DNA from: Octopus sinensis
Lineage: Eukaryota
Length of the DNA: 64,000 nt
NCBI RefSeq assembly: GCF_006345805.1
Contig: NC_043005.1
Coordinates: 36,828,001-36,892,000 of the forward strand
Direction of reading: 5' to 3'
Below the pieces are notes generated by a model. The model saw only the letters and a list, made by a program, of their open reading frames with translations. It was not told the DNA's origin and searched no databases. Below, in pieces: positions 13,085 through 24,938 of the stretch (position 1 is its first letter; the number at the start of each line of letters is the position of its first letter). Position numbers and translations under genes: made by a program.

Positions 13085-14113
13085 TAGCTGATGCAAAGGT
13101 TTCAATGGACAATCCTTGCTATGTTGTCATGACATCTTTTATATTCTTTCTGGGTTAGTGGCGTACATTGACTGGTGATATGCCATACGGTTTCACCATT
13201 TTGTCCCCAAATTCTGAACTCATCATTTTCTGATGTGTTGTCTATTCTGTATTTGATGTAATAGGTTCTTAATGCTTGCTCTTGGGCAGCACAGATTAGG
13301 GCTTTCGTTTCCGGTTTTAAATCACTTTTAGTCATCCATAACCATCTTTTTCTCTGTCTATCTTATCCTCAATATCCCTATGAAATTGTCCATACATCTT
13401 TTTTATCCACCTATTTTCAGTTTCCTTCATTCTCAAGTGCTTGTACAGGCTTTATCTTTGCAATCTTCCATCCTACACAAGCCTGACCTTACTCCCAATA
13501 CTAGCTGTTCTGTAGTATTTTTTATATAACATGCTATGTTGTTTTCTTCCGCTCTAATACTGTTTGCATCCAATCAGTCCTCTTCCCCTTTCTTTTTCTT
13601 GGTACATAGAGTCTGTCTGTGTCACTTTTTGGGGGAAGTACCCCATATCTAGTCAACAACTTCCTTGTCTTTCTGTCTAAACTGTTTAGTTCGTCTACTG
13701 TCCATGCGATTACCCTAGCTCCATATTCCAGGAGTGAAACCGCCCAGGTGTTGATAGCTTCGATCTTATTCCGTCCGTTTAATTTCGACTTAAGGATCAG
13801 TCTCAGTCTGCGCAAGTACTACACCTTAATTTTTTCTGTCATTTCTTCTCCATCAATTTATCCATTTCTAATATCCCCAAGTATTTATAGCCTGTCTCTT
13901 CTACCTGCTTTATAACCTCCCCCGACGGTATCGATAGCCCGTCCATACATTTGATTTTTCCTCTCTTCAAGTCTAACACACTACTCTTTCTAAGTTCGAA
14001 CTCCATTCTGATATCAGCACTGAAAGTATACACCATATCAACGAGGGAACTGACTTGGGATTCATCTTTACCATAAAGCTTGAGGTCAACCATTACTAAC
14101 AAGTGGTTGACTT
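13085..14113 (-). mobile_element. R4/Dong-type non-LTR fragment (subfamily 3): RT C-terminal half to zinc knuckle
   Basis: VNHLLVMVDLKLY (dead YMDD box), YKYLGILE, RLRLILKSKLNGRNKIEAINTWAV, LKPETKALICAAQEQAL, ETVWHITSQC. Confidence 0.92.
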
Positions 14114-14122
14114 TATTATTAC

Positions 14123-14204
<82 letters not shown>

Positions 14205-14230
14205 TAGTAGTAGTAGTAGTAGTAGTAGTT
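14114..14230. repeat. (TTA)n-(TAG)n microsatellite
   Basis: Direct reading; abuts the 5' truncation of the Dong-type fragment. Confidence 0.95.
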
Positions 14231-15088
14231 GATTATATATTTCAAAGTCCATTAATGCAGCCACTGTCCTTATTTCACCCCACTATCCTCACGTCCCGGC
14301 TCGATCACATAAGTACCAGAAAAGTACTGAGATCGATTCATATCTATTACAGCGTTTCTCTTGAAAATTTTGTGGCCACTTGCCAACCAGTGTCAGTCAT
14401 GGCGGCCTGTATTTGGCCAAAAGTACGAAAGTAGTTAAACGAAGATAGGCTAAGACTTGGGTTGGAGGCTGCAGAAACCAAGCAAACTACAATGTTTGTG
14501 CGTGTATGTGTGTGTGTGTGTGAACGAGAGACAGAGGGAGAGAGGTAAAAGTGAAGCGGAGAAGTGCAAAAAGTGTGTGAAGAGTGTGTGTTTGATTTGT
14601 GTGGTGGTGGTGGTGGTGGTGGTGCTGTTGCCAGTGACTAATGCTGAAAATAGGAACTAATTGAATTGAAGTATATAGTCAATATAATGAAAAGGAAAGT
14701 CAAAAAGAAGACGACAAAGAAGCTTAAGTTGTTTGGAGTGGAAACTTTGTATAAAGTGTGATTAAAAAAATGTTTTTATGTAGAATCTCAACAAACATTT
14801 TTATGTGCAACGTATATATGAATATGCATGTAAGAGTATATACGTACGTATATGGAGTTAGAAATACACTCACGTATGCTTATATATACAGGCGTGTGTG
14901 TTTGCACTTTTGTGCGGTTGTATATTCGTATATTCACACAAAAATATAGATACATTCATGTGCGCACACACACAAACACACACACACACAAAGGCACATA
15001 CACAAAGGCACATACACACATATATGTACGTCTGTATGTGTGTATACATAGATATGCACGTATATATTCATACGTATTCACTTTAGTG

Positions 15089-15153
<65 letters not shown>

Positions 15154-15714
15154 ATGTGTATGGTTATATATACTTTGTCTTTGAGAATGCAATAGACTTA
15201 GAGATACGGAGAAATATAAAGAATGCAGATGAAAAATTATGGCGGTGGTCAGTGGAGTTTCCAGATGAATGCGTTAATATATAATATTAAACTCGAGTTG
15301 GTGTCGGTTGTTAGTAATTCTACAGTCTAATCAGTAGTGGAATATACGAAGACGAATAATATGTGTGTATATGTGTAGCCATTCGTTTATATGTATGTAA
15401 ACATGAATATATGGCTATTTGAAAATACTTGTGTCTATTCATACATAAGCAGACATAACCTTATCATCTCTCTCGCTGTCTCGGTGTCTGCCTGTCGGGC
15501 TCTTTCTATCTTTCTTTCTATATCACATATAAACATACAATTAAAAGGTTCGCTTCGCAATCACCTGCTCTGGAGTTTGATCCCACTGTACGTAGCCAAG
15601 TGGGCAAATGTCGTCTACTTTAACCTCAAATCAATCAGATTTGTGACTAAAATTTGTTAAAGTGAAGCAGTATGTTTTCACATGAAATCTAGTACGTCCA
15701 AAGTTTTCATGAAT

Positions 15715-15915
15715 GTGACGAGTTGGCAGAATCGTTAGCCTGTCTGACAAAATCCTTAGCGGCAGTTCATCCAATTGTTTTAGGTTCTGAGTTCAAATCC
15801 AGTTGAAATCAGCTTTGCCTTTCATCTCTTCGAGGTTGATAAAATGAAGATTCAATCAGGTACTGGGTTCGATGTAATCGACTTGTCCCCTACCCTCAAA
15901 AGTTGCTGTCTTTGA
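15715..15915 (+). mobile_element. SINE family A, degenerate copy
   Basis: GACGAGTTGGCAGAATCGTTAGC..GAGTTCAAATCC..GCCTTTCATC..GTACTGGG. Confidence 0.75.
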
Positions 15916-16800
15916 ATCCTGCATCCCGTTCAGGAGGAACGTTCTAATTTCAGCCACTGGTGTACACTATGAAAACCTGGTACCCTACCTTATGAACCTG
16001 AGGTGGTGAGGAAAAACTTATCTTCATTGTACTTACATGTACTTGTGGCGACATTCACCCTGGGCGGGTTGAGTCGGCTTCTTCCACCACCCTCGAGGCA
16101 TTGTATTCGCCATTGAAAATTCATGGAAGAAGTTTCGTGGGAATATGTGGATTTGACAAGCGGTCCTCAACAATCCCGCATGTAGAGACATCCTGTTTTC
16201 CGTAGATTGTCCGCAGACGCAGGGGCAGAACGACCGAGGAGCCGCCGGTTTCCGAAACAGACACATCGAGGATTTTCACCAGAGCCCCGTCTGCCGGGTT
16301 GTGGCCCTAATATCACTCGGTGTCAGACCAATCCGTCTTGGGTGGCCCTACCAGGAACCGAAGTTCCCGAAGGCATAGCTCTGACACCACCCGTTGCCAG
16401 CGTCCCCACCATGGTGAGGAGGGGATGGACTTTGTCTTCATTGACTCAATCTGGAGTTTGACCATTCATGCAGGCCAATGTTTTAGCAATGCGAAGACAT
16501 TTAACACATTACCTTGCAAATTGCCTCAAACAGACTACTTTCACAAATATTGGTTCTGAAAGGTTTCTTTGATAATATAATTTGATACTTAATTGGTTGT
16601 AATTAACCTCTTTTAAAGACAATCGTAGGATAGCAGTGCTCTCAATAAGAAAGATGAATTTTGTGTATGATACCAGGTCAATTTCACCTTTCAAGGTGGG
16701 ATATAAAAGTATCAATTATAGGTGGGGTATTGCCAAAAATTGTTACTAAATGTGAAAAGATGTCGTGTAATGGATGTTTTTTCCTAACTCTTTGAAGACA

Positions 16801-17198
16801 TTCTTTTCTACTCTAGGCGCAAGATCCGAATTTTGGGGGAGGGAGTCAGCCGATTAGATCCATCCCAGTACGCAACCGGTACTTAATTTATCGACCCCGA
16901 AAGAATAAAAGGTAAAGTCGACCTCGGCGGAATTTTAACTCAGAACGTTGCGGCACACGAAATACCTATTTCTTTACTACCCACAAGAGGCTAAACACAG
17001 AGAGGACAAACAACGACAGACAAACGGATTAAGTCGATTATATCGACCCCAGTGCGTTACTGGTACTTATTTAATCGACCCCGAAAGGATGAAAGGCAAA
17101 GTCGACCTCGGCGGAATTTGAACTCAGAACGTAGCGGCAGACGAAATACTGTTAAGCATTTCGCCCGGCGTGCTAACGATTCTGCCAGCTCGCTACCT
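16801..17198 (-). mobile_element. SINE family A, dimeric copy
   Basis: Head GGTAGCGAGCTGGCAGAATCGTTAGCACG; core GCCTTTCATCCTTTCGGGGTCGAT..AAGTACCAG (resembles the Nin/Deu conserved domain) present twice. Confidence 0.88.
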
Positions 17199-17859
17199 TG
17201 CTATTTGAACACAGTGCAACAACTTTGATAATATTTGGTGCGAAGTTGTATCGGTCTAAAGCAGTAGCATTTTCCTTGGACAAATATCAATGATATAGAA
17301 ATGGGAGTCTTATATTCACTGGTATCTGCCAGTAGTCTTTAAATAATAACTTGATCAAGCTCATGCTCTCATGTGCGGATGAATTGGCCAAACATGAACG
17401 ACGAAGACTCTAGAACACGACCATGCAGACACACAGACCGCCCCCCCCCCCACACACACACACGCACGAACGCACGTATGTGGCTAGATAGACAGACTGA
17501 TAGATTACGGACACAAATTGTAATCTTTCCTAAGTAATATATCGCATTCAGCAGATATTTATTAAGAATGTAGTGACATTATTTGCTCAAATTATGCTAC
17601 AGCTAAATATTTAACAATTCCGACAATGCATTCCAATTGGAGATTATATTTCCAATAAGGATGACACGAATCTTTATTTATATTAAAGGCATGCTAAAGA
17701 ATTTATGCATGTGTATGTAGATTTCCTTAAAAGATTATATTAGCATATGACCATACACATGTGAATGTCGGTGCGTGCGTGTGTGTGTATGGGTGTGTAT
17801 ATGTGTGTATTTGTCTGAGTCTGTCATTGGTTGTGTATGTATATACATAATGCAGAATA

Positions 17860-18008
17860 CTTTTCTATATATATATGTATTTGTATATATATATATACGC
17901 ATATATATATATATATATATAGATATATATATATATATACGCATATAATGTACATATATAATATCGTTATAATGTTATATATATATATATCTATATATAT
18001 ATATATAT

Positions 18009-18060
<52 letters not shown>

Positions 18061-18167
18061 CATATATATACTTACATACATACACACACACGTACAGATA
18101 TATATATATATATTTATTTATACATACATGTATAAGTAAATTTTCGTGCAATACATAAACACACACT

Positions 18168-18223
<56 letters not shown>

Positions 18224-18320
18224 CAGACACTCATATATATATACGTTTACACATACATAATACATACATACGAACATACATACATACATACATACATACA
18301 TACATACATACATACATACA
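17860..18320. repeat. (TA)n/(CA)n/(TACA)n compound microsatellite
   Basis: Direct reading. Confidence 0.92.
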
Positions 18321-18740
18321 CACACCTATTCATACAGCATTATTTCGCGTCGTTTGGAAATAAATTATCATTATTTGGCGAGAAAGCGAGAAATTATAAA
18401 ATTATAAAAGAAAGAAAAACAAAATTAAACAAACTCCAAAATCGAAAATTACACACAAAATGCTATTAAATTAATTTCTCTGAACTAACCATGGTGTATA
18501 GATACATCTTTTCTGTATTTTAGAAAATTTGAAAGCGATTTTAATATGCATGGAGAGTACGATTTGTTGAATCGTCTTAATTCCTGGATTTGAAATGCTG
18601 CTTATTACAATTATAGCTTTTTAAACAAATTCTTGCTTTGTTCGTTATAATATTTTCTACGAGGATTTTGTCTGTGCATCCGAGTGTGTGCATATGCGCG
18701 CGTTTATGTATATGTATATATGTATATATATATATAATAT

Positions 18741-18780
<40 letters not shown>

Positions 18781-18797
18781 ACATACATATATATATA

Positions 18798-18829
<32 letters not shown>

Positions 18830-19710
18830 TGTGTACATATGTGTGTGTGGGGGCGGGGGGCGTGTTTCTGTGTGTATGAATATCTCTGCGTGTAATTTTG
18901 TGTTTGCATGTGTGTGTGTAGGTTTTTTTTCTAATTTTATCAATGTGCAAATTTAAAAATTACTTCTAGGAGTTTCGATTGTCAAACTCCTCATATGCAT
19001 ATGGGTATTGTGTTTCGAAGCTATATCAATTCTTGTGTGTGAGTGTGTGTGTATGAGTGTGTGTGTGTGTGATAGTGTGGCAGCGTGATAGTGTCTATGT
19101 GTGCGTGGTGTGTGTGTGTGTGTGTGTGTGTCACAGTCGCTGTGTGCTGTATGTGCATGTGTGTCACAGCCGTTATATGTACTGTATGTGAGTGTTGTGC
19201 ATATGCTTATGTTAAGGACTGTGAACTATATTGTAAATATGCTCTGTTGTTGTTGTTGTTTCTGTGATTATTGTCGTGTATATGAATGAATTAGATAACA
19301 AACAACTTACAAACATTCCTATATCACTGAATGCAGACCCACGCAAATATACACATGCGTTAACATAACGCGCTATAATATGGATATGCATGTGTGTGAG
19401 TATATACATACATATATATGTACGTATATATATATATATAATATATATATAATATATATATATATATCTATATATATATATATATACTCACAAACATGCA
19501 CGCACGCACATACGCACACTCACATGCACACATTCATATTAGAATTTATATCAAGTGATGAAGAGCAGAAACAGTAACTGTTGAAACGATTCCGTTCATA
19601 TTGTCTGAGCCAGCCTCTCTGCCGGCAAATCGTTAAGACATATTCAATAGTCGTTTTCTTTTTGCACACACACACACACAAATACATATGTATATATATA
19701 TATATATATA

Positions 19711-19924
19711 CAAAATGTGACCTCGTGTGTACCGTTGGCGATTTTTTTTCCTCTGCCTTCCCTTCTCGGAATCTTTCCTTCTCCTATGTTTCCGACGAAG
19801 AGCTCCGCTCGAAACGTTAAACCCTCCTTCTTCCCTTCTTTCCTGAGCGTCCAATAATACTATATTTGTTCCACGTCCTCGCGTTGTTGTGGTTTTTCTT
19901 TTGTGTTTTCTTGTTTGGATTAAC
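19711..19924 (+). mobile_element. ~210-bp non-autonomous repeat, (TA)n-flanked, likely Penelope pLTR-derived
   Basis: Near-identical second copy at 47649-47857 with the same ends; contains a hammerhead-like motif. Confidence 0.75.
19788..19822 (+). ncRNA. Candidate minimal type I hammerhead ribozyme variant
   Basis: GTTT-CCGACGA-A-GAGC(TCC)GCTC-GAAA-CG-TT-AAAC: stems I and II pair, palindromic mini stem III; deviations U4C and one extra A. Confidence 0.45.
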
Positions 19925-20023
19925 TATATATATATATACATATATATATGTATATATATATATACATATATATATACATATATATATACATATATACATA
20001 TATATATATATGTATATATATAC

Positions 20024-20068
<45 letters not shown>

Positions 20069-20076
20069 ACACATAC

Positions 20077-20136
<60 letters not shown>
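19925..20136. repeat. (TA)n microsatellite
   Basis: Direct reading. Confidence 0.95.
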
Positions 20137-20137
<1 letters not shown>

Positions 20138-21750
20138 AGAGATTATATAAATGACAAGGGAACAAAATGTCGTGCAATGAACTTCATTAACTCACGCACG
20201 CACACATATTTGAATAAACTTATGTGTACACCTTTCAATGTTTCTGGAGAAGTGACTGTGTCGGTTAGATCTGAACTTAAATAGTTTTCAGTTATCTCGA
20301 TATATCATTTAGGCACGGAATTATTGGTGATGATTGCGAATGCATAGACGTAATACACGGTGTATTTTGTAAGGTAAAACCTTTTCAAAAAGTATGTTTT
20401 GATTATTAATGCAATCTCATAGAGTAGCAGCGGTACGTGTAGAGATAAGATATTTTGTTGTTAATTTTCTATAAATATACTTCTAGGTTTATCATGTAGT
20501 TGTAACTAAATATATTTTTTGTTTAATATTTTGTTTTATGCATAGTCGTTGGTTAAATGTTTGTTCTCTGCTGAAAATGCTTAATACTGTTTGTAGAGCT
20601 GTTGAGATTGAAAGGAATATTTTAAACTAAAAAAGTTTACCTTTAAGCTGTTGTCAGGTCTGTGCCGCTCATTTGTCTTATACAACTCTTTAAAATTCTT
20701 GAGCATTCGTGCATCATTGCAATATTCATTGCCAAAGAACAAGAACGTACGTTTTATAGAGATTCAGTGCTTAGGTCGGTGTTTTTTGTGATCTGTTCAT
20801 GTTTCGTTATATTATCAGCTCATCGTCACGATACATGCCACATTGAAAAGTCAAATGTGTTTTACTTATCTTTATTGAAAGGCTTTCATATAATTTTGAT
20901 TCTCTGATCTGTCATTGGTATATATTTCTTTCCAAAACTAGCTTTAGGAGAACAGATTTGGCCACGAAGGAATAGAATTTTTATTCTGTTGAAGTGTGTG
21001 CACCTGTTTAAGTTGTCTATTTTACTCATCATTTGGTGACAGTGGAACTGCTGTTCCAAGGCTAGAATAATTTTCCTTTGTATTTCAAGGTACCTCAAAC
21101 CAAAATATTTTTGATGACTATCTCCAATTTGGCCTTTGCTTATTTTAATTGCTCCCGGTTATTTGCAATGTCGCATGATGCATCAAACATCTCAGCAATC
21201 AATCCATATCATTTGATGTCTGTCTTATGTATCCTCACGTATCGTACGTTCACAAATCCTATCTCGTAATTCGCCCTTTGTTTATTGGATCATGACTCGC
21301 CACCTGCCTGAACCAATCATATAATTCAAACGCTGATTCATCGCTATGATCAACACCATGACTGATCAAGTCGGAACGTATTGAAGTTCTACAGTTTTTA
21401 ACTGTACTTCGCACTCAAAGCAAATAAAGCTGATCCAGTATATTAGCCACTCCCTTTGATTGCGTCGTGTTTTTCGCCTTTTCCATTTTGTAGCTTTTAT
21501 ATAATTTTAAACAGTTTTCTTTAATATTAAAGGTTTTTGTAGAATATTTTACCTAGCGAGAGTAACACCAGTCTCTTGATCCCATGATAAAAGAAAGCGA
21601 AAGCACTTCATCATGTGGAACAATTTTTTGCTTACTTAATTTCGAACTATACATTCGTGGAGATACTTAATTAGAATACATACATACGTATATACATACA
21701 TACATACATACATACTTACATACACACTCGCGCGTACACACACACACTTT

Positions 21751-22034
21751 AGAATTTGTTAAGTCACTTTTGATATTTCTGAACTCATGCTGTTAGGATA
21801 TACAGTTTATAAGTTTTTCCATGCACGTGTCGTATTGTTGCCCTTGCTAGATTCGTAAAGCATGCAATTGTGAATATGCAGCTTTCTGAAGTCCTCCTCT
21901 TCCATAGGCTACCACACAGAGCATATCAATGCACAGCATGTGTCCGCACAAACTAATAGTCATTGATTAGCTGATAGCAAGGAAACCTTTTATTGGTTTC
22001 AAACAATTTTTCGGTGTGAGGTCAGACTAAATAC
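21751..22034 (-). mobile_element. mariner 5' fragment (inverted twin of 23681-23964)
   Basis: MLYESSKGNNTTRAWKNL*TVYPNS; about 85-90% identical to 23681-23964 by eye. Confidence 0.75.
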
Positions 22035-23597
22035 ACACACACACACACACACTTGGATATTTTGCGTATTTGCTGAGGAAACTATATCCGATGGATCTCG
22101 AAGTAAATAGAAATGGTGACTCAGTGAAAGAGGTTAACTATTTGTAAGTGATAATAATTAGACTTTTTATAAGACTGATAGTTTTAATTTCCGCATTATA
22201 TGGTTACCTTGGGCGGAGAGCAGAATTCCTCTTTGGAAGGGGCAGAACGTTTTTTTTTTTTTTTGCAGCCAAGTCATTAGATATAGAAGAATTATAAATA
22301 AAGTTGGAATGTTTTTGGGTAGGATTAATATGTTAAAGGTGCACTTGAAAAAGCAAGGCTACAGGAATAAAAGGTTGGTTCAATGTTTTAATCGTTAATT
22401 AGGTTAACACAGCGAGTATGGAAAGATCTCGAATTTACAGTTGAACCTGGAATGGTGAGGACTGTTAATTTCAGTTTCGGATTATTTTATTAGAGGATGG
22501 TTTGTCATTCACGGTTGTGTAAACAGCGTCACTTCTACCGAGTAGTTGTCATTCGCTGTGATGTACAACATCACATCCGTTGCCTAGTTTGGGTTGACTT
22601 CCGCCTCTTGACAGATATCGATCTTTCAGTGTTTGACTGCCTAGGGTTCAGACAAAAGTATGGTTTCTGTTAATTTCTCTGCAACACCCGAGGTTTCGCA
22701 ATAGGTAGGATTATTTCCGTAATAATTTTCTTCTAGGAGTATTCAACGTTTATCGTTTAAAGTACATATATATTTATTCTATAATTAAGTATAATTTGAC
22801 TTCTTCACAAGTAACAAGCTCATTGGCCGATTATTTATAATGGATTATTTTGTTTCTTTGTAGTTAACAAGTGATTTTTTTAATTATTTGTTTTAATTAT
22901 AGATGTACGATTACGCATTTTATATATATGTATATTGTATATATGAGTTTCTTATAATTTTAAATTCGATTTACCTAATTTTATTTTTATTCATTTTAAT
23001 TTTCACTTTTTGGAAGTAGTTTATTTTATGTTACTTGTTTCATAGATCTTGTTTTAAGCTGGTTCTTTTTATTGTTCGTTGTTCGAGGACGTTGATTACG
23101 AGATGTGCTGTTCCAGTAATCGTTATGTTCATGATGTGATTTTGATTGAAAAACAAAATATTTAGTTGCCTGTGTTTGTTTATTGTCTGTATGTCCATTT
23201 TGGTGTTAGTTCTTTGTTAAAAATACTACTTTGTAGCTGTAAGTTATCACTATTTGCTTACTATTATGTTGTTACTTGTAATAAGCTGGAAGATTCCTGG
23301 ACAGCGTTTATATTTTTAACGATGTGGACACCACCGGATGAATGGCACTGTCCAGGTGTCGAAACCATAGTGATATCGGTATGTGCAGCTGATGATAGGA
23401 ATGCACGTACTTCTCGACTGTTTCTTATATTTCAGTCTCGTTATTTTGGGTTGTCCTTCATTATTGTAAAGTGGAAAGTGTTTGTGAATTCAGTCTGTGG
23501 CGATCGCTTGCTTTGCTATGGTTTGCTTTTCTTCACAAGTAACCTAATTAACTTTGGACAATTCTTAGATATTATGTCTATTTTTGAGAGGTAGTAT

Positions 23598-23639
<42 letters not shown>

Positions 23640-23680
23640 TGTGTGTCTGTGCGTGCGCGCACGCGTGTATGTACACGTGT

Positions 23681-24526
23681 GTATTTAGTCTGACCTCACG
23701 CCGAAAAATTGTTTGGAAACCAATAAGAGGCTTCCTTGCAATCACCTAATCAATGACTATCAGTTTGTGCGGACACATGCTGTGCATTGATATGCTCTAT
23801 GTGATAACCCATGAAAGACGAGGACTTTAGAAAACTGCATATTCAGAATTCGATGCTTTACGGATCTGGCAAGGGCAACAATACAACACGTGCATGGAAA
23901 AACTTATAAACTGTATATCCTAACAGCATGAGTTCGGAAATACCAAGAGTGGTTTCACAAATTCAAAAGCGGTAATTTTGATCTTTTAGAGGCTATCGAT
24001 CAGGAAGATCATCTGTTTTCTATAGTGACGCAAGGAAAACAGCAATTGAAGAGGATCCGTGTCAACGTATCGGAAACTTATCCGGATGTTTAGTATACAT
24101 TGATCTAATGTGCAAAAACATATCAAGCAGAAAAGGAAGTGTATAGAGAAGGGAAAATAAAACAGTGCGTTCCACAAAATAACTCAAGAAAGATAAATTC
24201 ATCAGGCTGTGAAGCTCTATCTTACATTCTTTAGTCGTCAAACCCAACACCATCAGATTTTCATTTAGGCAGATTTTCATTGAACACTTCAGTAGAAAAT
24301 ATTTAGGAGCAGGGGCGATGTCGAAAAGGCACTCAAAATATTTATTCCTTCTAAAAGACCGTGATTCTTTTTTGTTTGTCCGTGGAATCATAAAACTCGT
24401 TTTGAGCTTAGAAGTTGTTATTTCTAACGATTAGTATCATATTGTGAGCGAGAAAATATATGTACGATAGTCATTATGGTGACTTAAACAAATCACATGA
24501 AATGTAACTTTTCAGCACTCCTAACA
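23681..24526 (+). mobile_element. Internally deleted mariner relic
   Basis: MLYGSGKGNNTT.., QEWFHKFKSGNFDL, AIEEDPCQ, VPQ (WVPH), then PSDFHL and RGIIKLV; mariner-like terminus ACTTTTCAGCACTCCTAACA-TA. Confidence 0.75.
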
Positions 24527-24679
24527 TATATATCTATCTATATATATATATATACTGTCTTCTGGATTGTCTTTTACTGCTATATGTTTCCTTGCAAGAC
24601 ACACACACACACACGTAATAAAATACAATAATATAATCTATTTATAAATCTGTATATAAAGTGTGTGCGTGCGTGTGTG

Positions 24680-24857
24680 TCCATACATACATGCATACAT
24701 ACATACATGTATATATAATATATTATACATATAATATATATATATATGTGCATGATATTATATATAATGTGTGCATATATATAATATATATATATATGTG
24801 TGCATATACATATATATATAATAACATATATATATATAGATATAAATACATACATAC

Positions 24858-24936
<79 letters not shown>
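24680..24936. repeat. (TA)n-rich microsatellite
   Basis: Direct reading. Confidence 0.92.

Positions 24937-24938
<2 letters not shown>

Noticed and set aside
16020-16460. GC-richer block, possibly the end of an RLE-type LINE (ILDVSV, GNFGSW)
   Set aside because: The motifs lie in different frames and in an inconsistent order; cannot be assigned without a search.
21000-21400. Possible pogo/Tigger relic (LLDHDSP, TLIHRYDQ)
   Set aside because: Two short weak matches with wrong spacing.
23166-23594. 142-aa ORF
   Set aside because: TTG start, no recognisable domain, composition typical of T-rich non-coding DNA.
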